This document shows positions 1 through 7,884 of a stretch of 12,275 bases of DNA, in pieces. Under the pieces are notes generated by a model. That model did no database searches and was not told the origin of the DNA. It saw only the letters and a program-made list of their open reading frames with translations. Origin of the DNA: Candidatus Eiseniibacteriota bacterium (GTDB taxonomy: Bacteria; ARS69). Position 1 is the first letter of the stretch; the number at the start of each line of letters is the position of its first letter. The stretch lies in the NCBI GenBank assembly GCA_052390515.1, contig JBQTGV010000104.1:1-12275 (forward strand). Direction: 5' to 3'. The position numbers were made by a program, and so were the translations under genes.

Positions 1-38
1 GCCGGGATCGTCCGGACGCGCAAGGTCGCGGTCCTCGA

Positions 39-1529
39 CTAGTTGTTCGGGCACCCCGCGTTCACCCACGAGGTGACGTCGGCGATGATCGAGGTTCCGT
101 GGGGCGCGCCGTGGTGGCCCTGCTTGAGCTCCTTGAGCAGCGTGCCCGTGTTCGAGTTGCCGGGCACGACGAGCGGCCCGTTCGTGCCGCCGGCCATCAC
201 CGAGCCGTAGCTGCGAAGATCGACGCCGAACGGTCCGCCGGCTCCGTGGCAGCTGGTACAGCGCGTGTTCAGGTAGGGCTGGATGTCCCCCGAGAAGGAG
301 ATCGCCGTGCTGCCCGCATTCACGGTGATGACGACCGTGTCGGTGTCGGTCAGACCGCCGTCGTCGGTCACGGTGAGCACGACCGTGTGGGCGCCGACCG
401 CGAACGAGACGCCCGGCGAGGATCCCGTGGCGATCTGCGAGCCGCCCTCGCGCCAGACCCAGCTCACGATCGTCCCGTCCGGATCGGAGCTGCCGGACCC
501 GTTGAGCGTGACGCCCTGTGATCCGTTGCCGTCCGAGTCGGTGACGGTCTGGTCCGTGCCCGCGGCCGCGGTCGGGCTCTGGTTGCCGCCGCCGCCCTGC
601 GGCAGCACGTTGATGAGCACCGTGTCGGTGCCGATGGCGCCCTGATCGTCGGAGACGCGCAGCACGACGGTGTGCACGCCCACCGTGAAGGTCACCGTCG
701 GGTTTCGCCCGTTGCCGATCAGGTTCCCGCCCTCGCTCCACTCCGCCCAGATGATCGAGCCGTCGGCGTCGAACGTGCCGTTGCCGTCCAGGGTGACGCT
801 CTGCGATCCGTTCCCGTCGGAGTCGGTCACGGTCTGGTCCGGGCCGGCATCCGCGACCGGGGGCTGGTTGCCGCCGCCGCCGGCCAGCACGGTGATCACG
901 ACCACGTCGGTGTCCGCGGACGAACCGTCATCGGTCACGGTCAGCGTCACGTTGTGGGTCCCCACGGTGAACGTCAACGTGGGCGAGACGCCGGTGCCGA
1001 TCTGCGAGCCGGCCTCGCTCCACACCCAGCCCTGGATCGTCCCGTCGGAGTCCGAGCTTCCGGATCCGTTCAGCGTCACGCTCTGCGATCCGTTGCCGTC
1101 GGAGTCGGTCACCGTCTGGTCCGAGCCCGCCGCAGCCACCGGCGCGAGGTTCCCGCCGCCGCCGCCCTGCGGCTGCACGACGACCTGGACGTCGTCGGAG
1201 GATTTCGCCCCGTCGTCGTCCGTGACGGTGAGGCGAAGGTCGTGCGTGCCGACGGCGAGGTTCACGGTGGCGGCGGCCGTCGTGGCGATCTCCACGCCAC
1301 TCTCGGTCCAGCTCCACCGCTCGATCTGTCCGTCGCTGTCGGCGCTGGCCGAGCCGTCGAGCGTGACGGGCTCATCACCGCCCCCGTCCACGTCGGCCAG
1401 GGACTGATCCTGGCCGGCGTCGGCGGTAGCGGCGGCGTTGTCCGGATCGATGGGCAGCTCGGCGCATCCGGTGACGACCGCCACCAGTGCGGCGGCGGCC
1501 AGGGCCAGGGCACGTAGCCAGCGTCGCAA
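39..1529 (-). CDS. Lipoprotein with 4 tandem PKD/Ig-like domains and a C-terminal planctomycete-type cytochrome c domain
   Basis: Preferred start is TTG at 1529: it is preceded by GGAGGAG and gives the signal MRRWLRALALAAAALVAVVTG-C (lipobox Cys codon 1464-1466). The ORF track's TTG at 1583 is an alternative. Four ~95-aa repeats (A.AG.DQ...VTL.G...D.DG.I....W.......G.H...L.V.DD). C-terminal ISFSGDIQPYLNTRCTSCHG...VDLRSY..VMAGG.NGPLVVPG...SWVNAGCPNN, with CxxCH at 246-260. Stop TAG at 39-41. Confidence 0.85.
   Translation of the reverse strand: MRRWLRALALAAAALVAVVTGCAELPIDPDNAAATADAGQDQSLADVDGGGDEPVTLDGSASADSDGQIERWSWTESGVEIATTAAATVNLAVGTHDLRLTVTDDDGAKSSDDVQVVVQPQGGGGGNLAPVAAAGSDQTVTDSDGNGSQSVTLNGSGSSDSDGTIQGWVWSEAGSQIGTGVSPTLTFTVGTHNVTLTVTDDGSSADTDVVVITVLAGGGGNQPPVADAGPDQTVTDSDGNGSQSVTLDGNGTFDADGSIIWAEWSEGGNLIGNGRNPTVTFTVGVHTVVLRVSDDQGAIGTDTVLINVLPQGGGGNQSPTAAAGTDQTVTDSDGNGSQGVTLNGSGSSDPDGTIVSWVWREGGSQIATGSSPGVSFAVGAHTVVLTVTDDGGLTDTDTVVITVNAGSTAISFSGDIQPYLNTRCTSCHGAGGPFGVDLRSYGSVMAGGTNGPLVVPGNSNTGTLLKELKQGHHGAPHGTSIIADVTSWVNAGCPNN
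318..1439 (-). repeat. Intragenic tandem array of four PKD-like units (~282-285 nt period)
   Basis: Near-identical DNA block gatccgtt(g/c)ccgtc(g/c)gagtcggt(c/g)ac(c/g)gtctggtcc begins at 520, 805 and 1087 (spacing 285 and 282) and encodes DQTVTDSDGNGS. The first unit is more diverged (DQSLADVDGGGD). Units are joined by poly-Gly linkers. Confidence 0.85.
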
Positions 1530-1743
1530 AGCGGCTCCTCCGGGAAGGCGGCGCGGGGCGCGCGCCGCGCGTCGTCTCTGCAATCGCCGTGCCCTCTCGG
1601 GAGCGCCCGGTCCTGCTCAAGGGACGCGCAACCTGCCACGGTCCGGGCGGCATCCCGGCAAACCTGCTGTTCCGAATCGACGCGGACCTGAGCGAAAGCG
1701 GAGCAGTGGACAGCCAGCCATCCGTCTAGTACGGTGCCCGCCC

Positions 1744-4149
1744 ATGGATGCGGGCCGGTTCCTCGATCACCTGATCTCCGCGCCGCGCTACGAGGGCCAG
1801 GTGGCTCACGTGGAGACGATCCCGCCGCGCCCTCCACGCTACGCCGCGCTCGATCCCCCGTTCCCGGCGGGGCTGCGCACCGCCTTGCAGGGCCTGGAGA
1901 TCTGCGACCTCTACGCGCATCAGGCCCGCTGCGCCGTCGAGGCGCGGGCCGGGCGAAACGTCGCGGTCGTCACCGGAACGGCGTCGGGCAAGACGCTCGC
2001 CTACACGCTCCCGGTGCTCGAGCACATGCTCGACGAGCCCGCGGCTGCCGCGCTCTTCCTCTACCCGACCAAGGCGCTCGCGCAGGACCAGCTTCGCGGG
2101 CTGCACCGGCTCGCCACGCTCTCGCCGGCGGTCGGCGGCGTGCTCCGCACCGGCACGTACGACGGCGACACCTCGCCCTCGGCGCGCCGCAAGATCCGCG
2201 ACGAGGGCAACGTGATCCTCACCAATCCGGACATGCTGCACTCCGGGATCCTGCCGTACCACGCGAAGTGGTCACGGGTGCTCTCGCGGCTCGCGTTCGT
2301 GGTGATCGACGAGATCCACGCCTACCGCGGCGTCTTCGGCTCGAACGTGGCCAACGTGATCCGCCGCCTTCGCCGGGTGTGCGCGCATTACGGCGCCGCG
2401 CCGCAGTTCTTGCTGTGCTCGGCGACCATCGCCAACCCCGAGGATTTCGCCCGCACGTTGATCGGCAGCGATGTGACCCTGGTGGACGACGACGGATCGC
2501 CGCGCGGCGCGAAGCGCTTCGTCCTGTGGAACGCGCCGTTCGCGGACACCGGCAAGATGGAGCGGCGCAGCGCGAACGTCGAAGCGCACGCCCTCATGAC
2601 CGAGCTCGTGAAGGAGCGGATCCCCACCATCTGTTTCTCCCGCGCGCGCATCACGGCGGAGCTGATCCATCGCTACGTGCAGGAGGCGCTGGCACGGGAG
2701 AGGCCCGACCTGGCGAAGCGAGTGAGGCCGTATCGGGGCGGATACCTTCCCGAGGAACGGCGCCGGATCGAGAAGGCGCTCTTCGCCGGGGAGCTGCTGG
2801 GCGTGTCGTCGACGAACGCGCTGGAGCTGGGTATCGACATCGGGTCGCTCGACGCGTCCATCGTGGTGGGGTTCCCCTCGACGATCGCGTCGCTGTGGCA
2901 GCAGGCGGGACGCGCCGGCCGCGGCCGCGAGGAGTCGGTGACGTTCTTCGTCGCCTACAACGATCCGATCGACCAGTACCTCGTCCGCCACCCGGAGTAC
3001 CTCTTCGCGCAGAGTCCGGAGAGCGCCGTCATCGACCCGGAGAACCCCTGGATCCTCTCGGGCCACCTGCAGTGCGCGGCGTTCGAACTGCCGCTCGGTC
3101 TGGAGGACGCGGAGATCTTCGGCGAGATCACCGGCGATCTGGTCGCGCTGCTGGAGGCGAACGGAAGGACGCGGCAGGTCGGCGGAAAGAGCTACTGGGC
3201 GAACACCGACTTCCCGGCGCGCGCGGTGAGTCTTCGCCATATGTCCCAGGACACCTACTCGATCGTGGAGGTCCCTGCGGACGCCGGGCGCGGATCGGCC
3301 TTCCGTCCGGTGACCGGCCCGCGCTTCGCGCCGCCCGGCTCGGGCGAGGCGCGGCTGCTCGGCAACGTGGACTCCATCTCGGCGCTCGAGCTGCTGTACC
3401 CCGAGGCGGTGTACCTGCACGACGGGGAGTCCTACGTGGTGCGCCACCTCGATCTGGAGGGCAAGGCGGCCTATGTGGAGCGTCGCGAGGTGGACTACTA
3501 CACGAACGCGGTCATCGAGCAGCACGTGCTGCTCACCGGCACGCGCGAGACGACGCCGTGGGGCGCCGCGCAGCTCGGGTTCGGAGACGCCAAGGTCACC
3601 TGGTTCCCGTCGTTCTTCAAGAAGATCCGCTTCTTCTCGATCGACTCCGTCGGGTGGGGGAACCTGGACCTGCCCGCGCAGGAGATCGAGACGACCACGT
3701 TCTGGATCACGCCGCCGGAGGAGCTGCGCCGCGCGCTGCGCGTGGCCGGCAGGAACCCGGTGGAGGGTCTCGCCGGCGTGCGGAACTTGATGATCAGCGT
3801 CGTCCCGCTCTTCGCCATGTGCGACCGCGCGGACGTCGGCGGAACCGTGGACAGCAAAAACCTGGGCAGTCCCACGGTCTTCCTCTATGACCGGTTTCCT
3901 GGCGGTCTCGGCTTCGTCGAGCACGCGTTCCGCCGGCCTTCCGACGTGATGGCGGCGTGTCTCGAGCTCGTCGAATCCTGTCCCTGCGAGAGCGGGTGTC
4001 CCTCGTGCGTCGGTCTGCCCGTCCTGCGCGCTCCGCAGCATCAGGATCCGGAAGCGCAGGGCCACTGGCCGATCCCCGACAAGGCGGCGGCCCGCTGGAT
4101 CCTCTCCGCGCTGCTCGAGGGAGCCGGCGCGCTGTCCGCCGCGGGATGA
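1744..4149 (+). CDS. mrfA: DEAD/DEAH-box SF2 helicase with C-terminal DUF1998 (MrfA/YprA/SftH/Hrq1-like), 801 aa
   Basis: Start placed at ATG 1744 (MDAGRFLDHL); the upstream extension in the ORF track is low-complexity and overlaps the divergent gene. Motifs: Q (LYAHQ), I (TGTASGKT), Ia (YPTKALAQDQ), TNPDMLH, II (DEIH), III (SAT), YRGGY, V (LELGIDIG), VI (QQAGRAGR). DUF1998 signature LYDRFPGGLG...CPCESGCPSC (Cys cluster 3979-4008). Confidence 0.93.
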   Translation: MDAGRFLDHLISAPRYEGQVAHVETIPPRPPRYAALDPPFPAGLRTALQGLEICDLYAHQARCAVEARAGRNVAVVTGTASGKTLAYTLPVLEHMLDEPAAAALFLYPTKALAQDQLRGLHRLATLSPAVGGVLRTGTYDGDTSPSARRKIRDEGNVILTNPDMLHSGILPYHAKWSRVLSRLAFVVIDEIHAYRGVFGSNVANVIRRLRRVCAHYGAAPQFLLCSATIANPEDFARTLIGSDVTLVDDDGSPRGAKRFVLWNAPFADTGKMERRSANVEAHALMTELVKERIPTICFSRARITAELIHRYVQEALARERPDLAKRVRPYRGGYLPEERRRIEKALFAGELLGVSSTNALELGIDIGSLDASIVVGFPSTIASLWQQAGRAGRGREESVTFFVAYNDPIDQYLVRHPEYLFAQSPESAVIDPENPWILSGHLQCAAFELPLGLEDAEIFGEITGDLVALLEANGRTRQVGGKSYWANTDFPARAVSLRHMSQDTYSIVEVPADAGRGSAFRPVTGPRFAPPGSGEARLLGNVDSISALELLYPEAVYLHDGESYVVRHLDLEGKAAYVERREVDYYTNAVIEQHVLLTGTRETTPWGAAQLGFGDAKVTWFPSFFKKIRFFSIDSVGWGNLDLPAQEIETTTFWITPPEELRRALRVAGRNPVEGLAGVRNLMISVVPLFAMCDRADVGGTVDSKNLGSPTVFLYDRFPGGLGFVEHAFRRPSDVMAACLELVESCPCESGCPSCVGLPVLRAPQHQDPEAQGHWPIPDKAAARWILSALLEGAGALSAAG

Positions 4150-4919
4150 GCGCGAGCTTCGCCGAGGGGCTGCGCGCGCTGGCCAGCCACCGGGCCACGC
4201 GAGGCGCGTTCGTGGCGCCGGTCCGGTTCCGCGCGCCCGGTCCGGCGGAGCGCTACGAGGGAGAGACGTGCCTGCGCGTGCAGCGGCCGGCCGACGACGA
4301 TCTCGCGGCGCAGCTCGAGGACGCTCTCGCCCGCCTCGCGGGCCGCGCGGAGGAGGATGTCGATCGAGGGCTGCGCGCGGCGGCCGGGTGCCGGCTCGCG
4401 GAGATCGCCTTCCTGGACCTGGAGACGACCGGCTTCTGGGGCTGCCCGATATTCCTCGTCGGGCTCCTGCTCGTCGAGAACGAGCGCCTCGTCGTCCTGC
4501 AGCTCGTCGCGCGGGATTATCCGGAGGAAGCAGCCATCCTCCGCGAGTCGGCGGAGCTGCTCGCAGGCCGGCGCACGCTGGTCACGTTCAACGGACGTTC
4601 GTACGACGTTCCCTGCTTCCGCGAACGCGCCGTCGTGCACGGCGTCTCCGAACGGCTCGCGGAGCTTCGCCACGTGGACATCCTGCACCCGCTGCGGCGG
4701 CGCTTTCGCGACGAGCTGCCCGACTGCCGCCTGATCACGCTGGAGCGGGAGGTCGTCGGAGTCTTCCGCGGCTCCGACGTTCCCAGCCGCGAGATCCCCG
4801 CGCTCTATCACGAGTTCGCCGGGACGGGCGACACCGCGCGTCTCGCCCCGCTCCTGCATCACAGCCGCCTGGACTTGATGACGACGGCGCGGCTCTTCGC
4901 GGAGCTGGCCTCGGCCTAG
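4146..4919 (+). CDS. mrfB: RNase H-like DEDD exonuclease (MrfB/YprB family), 257 aa
   Basis: ATG 4146 overlaps the helicase stop (ATGA). Motifs: FLDLETTG (ExoI), LVTFNGRSYDVP (ExoII), HVDILH..RR, L..LER...G..R..DVP..EIP.LY, LLHHSRLD (ExoIII region). Position directly after a DUF1998 helicase matches yprA-yprB/mrfAB. Confidence 0.82.
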   Translation: MSASFAEGLRALASHRATRGAFVAPVRFRAPGPAERYEGETCLRVQRPADDDLAAQLEDALARLAGRAEEDVDRGLRAAAGCRLAEIAFLDLETTGFWGCPIFLVGLLLVENERLVVLQLVARDYPEEAAILRESAELLAGRRTLVTFNGRSYDVPCFRERAVVHGVSERLAELRHVDILHPLRRRFRDELPDCRLITLEREVVGVFRGSDVPSREIPALYHEFAGTGDTARLAPLLHHSRLDLMTTARLFAELASA

Positions 4920-6613
4920 TTCTCCGTCTGCGAACCGAGCCTCTTCGCCGGAGCGTTCACCGCCTCCGCGCGGAGCGAGTCCATCCTCGCGTCGTAATCC
5001 GCCCGGACCTCGCCCTGGCCCTCCTCGACCCTCCGCCAGGCGAGGAGAACCCGGTCGTCGTCCCGTGTTTCGCTCTCCTCCAGGCGGGCGAAGTCGATGA
5101 CGTAGCTCCGGTCCAGGCCCGACGGGGCGAGGGCCTCGTGCAGAACCTCCTCCTGTCGCTCGCACGCGCGCAGCAGGAAGTCGGGATCCGACGACGTCAG
5201 AACGATCGCGTGAAGGATGTCGACGCGCGCCGTGCTCGCGAAGAACGCGGGTGGGGCGTACCAGTCGTGTCCGGGCAGCGCCTTCTCGACCGGCCTCAGG
5301 AACTCCGGGCGGAAGACTTCCGGCGTCACGAGACCCACGCTGTCGTACAACTCGAGACGCGAGTGGTAGCCGATGCCGCCCAGCGGCACGGTGACGGAGG
5401 AGGGGAGCGGCTTCTCGAAGGGGCGCTTCTCGAGGTATCGCCGCAACGCCTTCCCCTTCTCGATCCACCCCGCGACGTTGCGCCGCTGCAAGAGCCAGTA
5501 GTCGTACTCGGAGAGGAAGCCGGTTCGGTCGCGGCGGAACGACACCGACTCCCGCACCGGCTCCGGCACGAGGTGGATGTTCCAGCCGGGAAGCGCGCCG
5601 ACAGCGGCCACGATCAGAGCCGCCGCCACCAGAGGCGCCGTGCCGCCCGGCACCCGCTTCAGCAGCCAGGCGAGGAGGATGGTCTGGAAGGCGAGTCCCG
5701 GGATGAGGAAGCGGCCCATCGCCATGAAGTCGCCCTCGGCGACCACGGCGTACGCGGGGAATGCCCAGGCCATCGCCGCCACGGCGAGCGCGAGCCTGCG
5801 TTCCCGTTCGCGGAACGCGAGTACGGTGGCGGGGACCATGAGCACGGGCACGAGGAAGGTCAGGAAGTGCACCGCGACGTACTCCGCACCCCGAACGATC
5901 CCGCCGAGCCCCTCCACGCCGCCGAGCTTCGCGCGCGCGGTGTTGGAAACGAACGAGTCGAAGTACGAGAGGCGCCAGCCGGTGTACACCGCGTGGCAGA
6001 CGAGGGGCAGGACGGCGGCGCGGGCGAGCTCGCGGCGGCCTTCACGGTGCACGAGCGCGGCCAGCGCGAAGATCATGACGACCCAGCCCACGCCCTCGAA
6101 GCGGATCAGGGACAGGGCGAGAGCGGCGATCCCGCCTCCCGTCGCGTCGGGACGCTCTCGCAGCACGAGGCGGTCGAAGGTCAGGAACACGAGCAGGGCG
6201 AACGGCATCGTCTCCAGCCCGCCGGCCGACCACACGGCGAAGGGCGGGAACGCCGCCAGGGACAGCACGGCGAGCGTCGCGGCGAGGTCCGGAACGCGGA
6301 AGCGGCCGTGCAGCCGATCGAGCAACATCCACAGCAGGACGTAGCCGCACGCCGACGAGACGATCAGCGGCCACACGCCGACGTCGAGGCTCAGCAGCTC
6401 GAAGCCGGCGCAGAGCACGGTCCACAGGAAGTTCGTGTAGCCCTCGATCGGGACGGTCTCGCCCAGGTTGAACCGGAGACCGTGGCCGTCGGCGAGATTC
6501 CGCGCGTAACGGAACGAGATGTAGGCGTCGTCGCAGGTGAACCAGAAGCGCGAGAGCTGCCAAGTGTACGGCACGCACAGCAGGAGGTACGTCGCGACGC
6601 GTCGCCTCACCAT
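4916..6613 (-). CDS. GT-C fold polytopic membrane glycosyltransferase, AftB-like (paralog 2), 565 aa
   Basis: ATG 6613 (MVRRRVATYLLL) has GGAG upstream and overlaps the preceding stop (ATGGTGA); the 831-aa ORF in the track is over-extended. First-loop motif DDAYISFRYARNLADGHGLRFN..E..PIEGYTNFLW, then GGLET, RFEG, GDFM..GRFL.P, many hydrophobic segments, and a soluble C-terminal domain (G.IGY.S...LYD..GLVTP...PGHD). Confidence 0.78.
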   Translation of the reverse strand: MVRRRVATYLLLCVPYTWQLSRFWFTCDDAYISFRYARNLADGHGLRFNLGETVPIEGYTNFLWTVLCAGFELLSLDVGVWPLIVSSACGYVLLWMLLDRLHGRFRVPDLAATLAVLSLAAFPPFAVWSAGGLETMPFALLVFLTFDRLVLRERPDATGGGIAALALSLIRFEGVGWVVMIFALAALVHREGRRELARAAVLPLVCHAVYTGWRLSYFDSFVSNTARAKLGGVEGLGGIVRGAEYVAVHFLTFLVPVLMVPATVLAFRERERRLALAVAAMAWAFPAYAVVAEGDFMAMGRFLIPGLAFQTILLAWLLKRVPGGTAPLVAAALIVAAVGALPGWNIHLVPEPVRESVSFRRDRTGFLSEYDYWLLQRRNVAGWIEKGKALRRYLEKRPFEKPLPSSVTVPLGGIGYHSRLELYDSVGLVTPEVFRPEFLRPVEKALPGHDWYAPPAFFASTARVDILHAIVLTSSDPDFLLRACERQEEVLHEALAPSGLDRSYVIDFARLEESETRDDDRVLLAWRRVEEGQGEVRADYDARMDSLRAEAVNAPAKRLGSQTEN

Positions 6614-7884
6614 CCGTCTCCGCCCAGAGCGGGCACCAGCCGCCGCGCGACGAGGGCGGCACCCGCCTCGTTGAAATGGCAATCGTCGTAGAACCAGCGA
6701 GCGTCCCCGCTCAGGTCCGCGAGATCGACACAAGACGCCCCGGTCCGCCGGGACACGGAGAGGATGACGCGATTGTACTCCTCGAGCCCCCGGCGAAGCT
6801 CGCCCGCCGGAACGAAGGCGCCCTCCGGGGTCTCGCCCATCCACAGCAGAGCCGTCTCCGCCGCGGGGAGCGCCTCGTCCCAGAGGGCCGGGTGCGTGAC
6901 AAGGACGAGACGGATCCCGCGGGCACGGCAGGCCGAGACGATCCGGTCGAGGCGCACCTCGAACCCGACCAGTGCGCCGGAGAGATCCGGCAGCTCGCCG
7001 GCCGGCGCTTGCGCACGCAGCGCCCGCCGCTGCACGTAGCTCTCTCCGCCGGCGTCCTCCACGTCGATTCCCGCGCGACTGCGGGCCTCGATCCTCTGGC
7101 GAACGCCGGCGACGAGATTCGCCAGGTTCGACCCGAGCAGCAGCGGCCGGATCCTCATGCGCGGGTGGAAGAACTTCCCCGTGAACTCCCCGCCGCCGAC
7201 GAAACGCAGGAAGTCGTTGAGACCGGCGAGCAGCACGACGCAGTCCATGCGCTCGATCAACGGGGAGTTCTCGAGGAACTCCAGGTGCTCGGCGGTCGTG
7301 TAACCGGAGAAGCCCGCGTTTCCCACCCAGGCTCGGCGCCCGGAGTGCGCTTCGCGGAGCTGATCCTGCAGGAGCCTGGGCCAGGACTCCGCGTCGTCGA
7401 GGTAGAGGCACTCGGTCGTGCTGCCGCCGACGCAGAGCACGAGGAAGTCGCCGGATCGCGGCTCGTCGCCGCGGACGCCCAGCGAGTTGACGCCGTAGCG
7501 GCTCGGCCCGTGCACGCCCGGCATGATCCGCGGATCCGGGCGGTGCTCACGCACGTCGAGCGGCGTGCGCAGGTGATAGAGCTGCTCGCGCACCGGGACC
7601 GGAAAGACGGGTGCGAGCGCCGCTTCGGCGACGAGAAGCGCGACCAGCACCGACCCGGACACGACGGCAATCGACGGCGCACGGCTGCGGAGCAGCGACC
7701 GAACCGCCGGGAAGAGGAGGGTCGCGCCGGCCAGCACGAGCAGCGCGGACAGGACCGGGAGGAGCGCGCGGCCGTTGCCGAGCGGGAGCCATCCGCGCGC
7801 GAGAGCCGCCACCGCGTCGACCCACGCGAGGAGCGGTAGGGCCGCCGCCGCGAGAGAGCCGGCGAGCAGCGGGTGCGCCCTCAT
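6607..7884 (-). CDS. Membrane-anchored SGNH/GDSL hydrolase (esterase or O-acyltransferase), 425 aa
   Basis: ATG 7884 overlaps the upstream stop (ATGA). N-terminal hydrophobic helices are followed by NSLGVRG, block I VLCVGGSTTE, block II GNAGFSG, block III LAGLND and block V DDCHFNEAG. Confidence 0.85.
   Translation of the reverse strand: MRAHPLLAGSLAAAALPLLAWVDAVAALARGWLPLGNGRALLPVLSALLVLAGATLLFPAVRSLLRSRAPSIAVVSGSVLVALLVAEAALAPVFPVPVREQLYHLRTPLDVREHRPDPRIMPGVHGPSRYGVNSLGVRGDEPRSGDFLVLCVGGSTTECLYLDDAESWPRLLQDQLREAHSGRRAWVGNAGFSGYTTAEHLEFLENSPLIERMDCVVLLAGLNDFLRFVGGGEFTGKFFHPRMRIRPLLLGSNLANLVAGVRQRIEARSRAGIDVEDAGGESYVQRRALRAQAPAGELPDLSGALVGFEVRLDRIVSACRARGIRLVLVTHPALWDEALPAAETALLWMGETPEGAFVPAGELRRGLEEYNRVILSVSRRTGASCVDLADLSGDARWFYDDCHFNEAGAALVARRLVPALGGDGW

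Noticed and set aside
520..1122. Regularly spaced ~35-nt repeats as a CRISPR array
   Set aside because: The period is 282-285 nt (multiples of 3), differences fall at synonymous positions, and the repeats lie within a protein domain array. No cas genes.
1548..1568. GC-only inverted repeat gcggcgcg-gggcg-cgcgccgc upstream of the lipoprotein SD
   Set aside because: An 8-bp all-GC stem with no U-tract is plausible by chance at this GC content; no riboswitch or terminator features recognised.
1659..1680. Possible LexA/SOS box upstream of the helicase (aaacctgctgttcc)
   Set aside because: Does not match GAAC-N4-GTTC or CTGT-N8-ACAG in sequence or spacing.
1744..4149. DUF1998 helicase as an anti-phage system (DISARM/Druantia/Dpd-like)
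   Set aside because: No methylase, PLD nuclease or second helicase nearby; the partner is a YprB-like exonuclease, which fits repair.
1734..6691. Long alternative-frame and antisense ORFs (e.g. 1734-3890 +, 2272-4065 -, 4041-5468 -, 4268-6691 +; likewise 7611-9257 +, 9560-10780 -, 11317-12219 -)
   Set aside because: Arg/Ala/Pro/Gly-rich with no recognisable motifs and fully overlapping well-supported genes; expected shadow ORFs in high-GC DNA.
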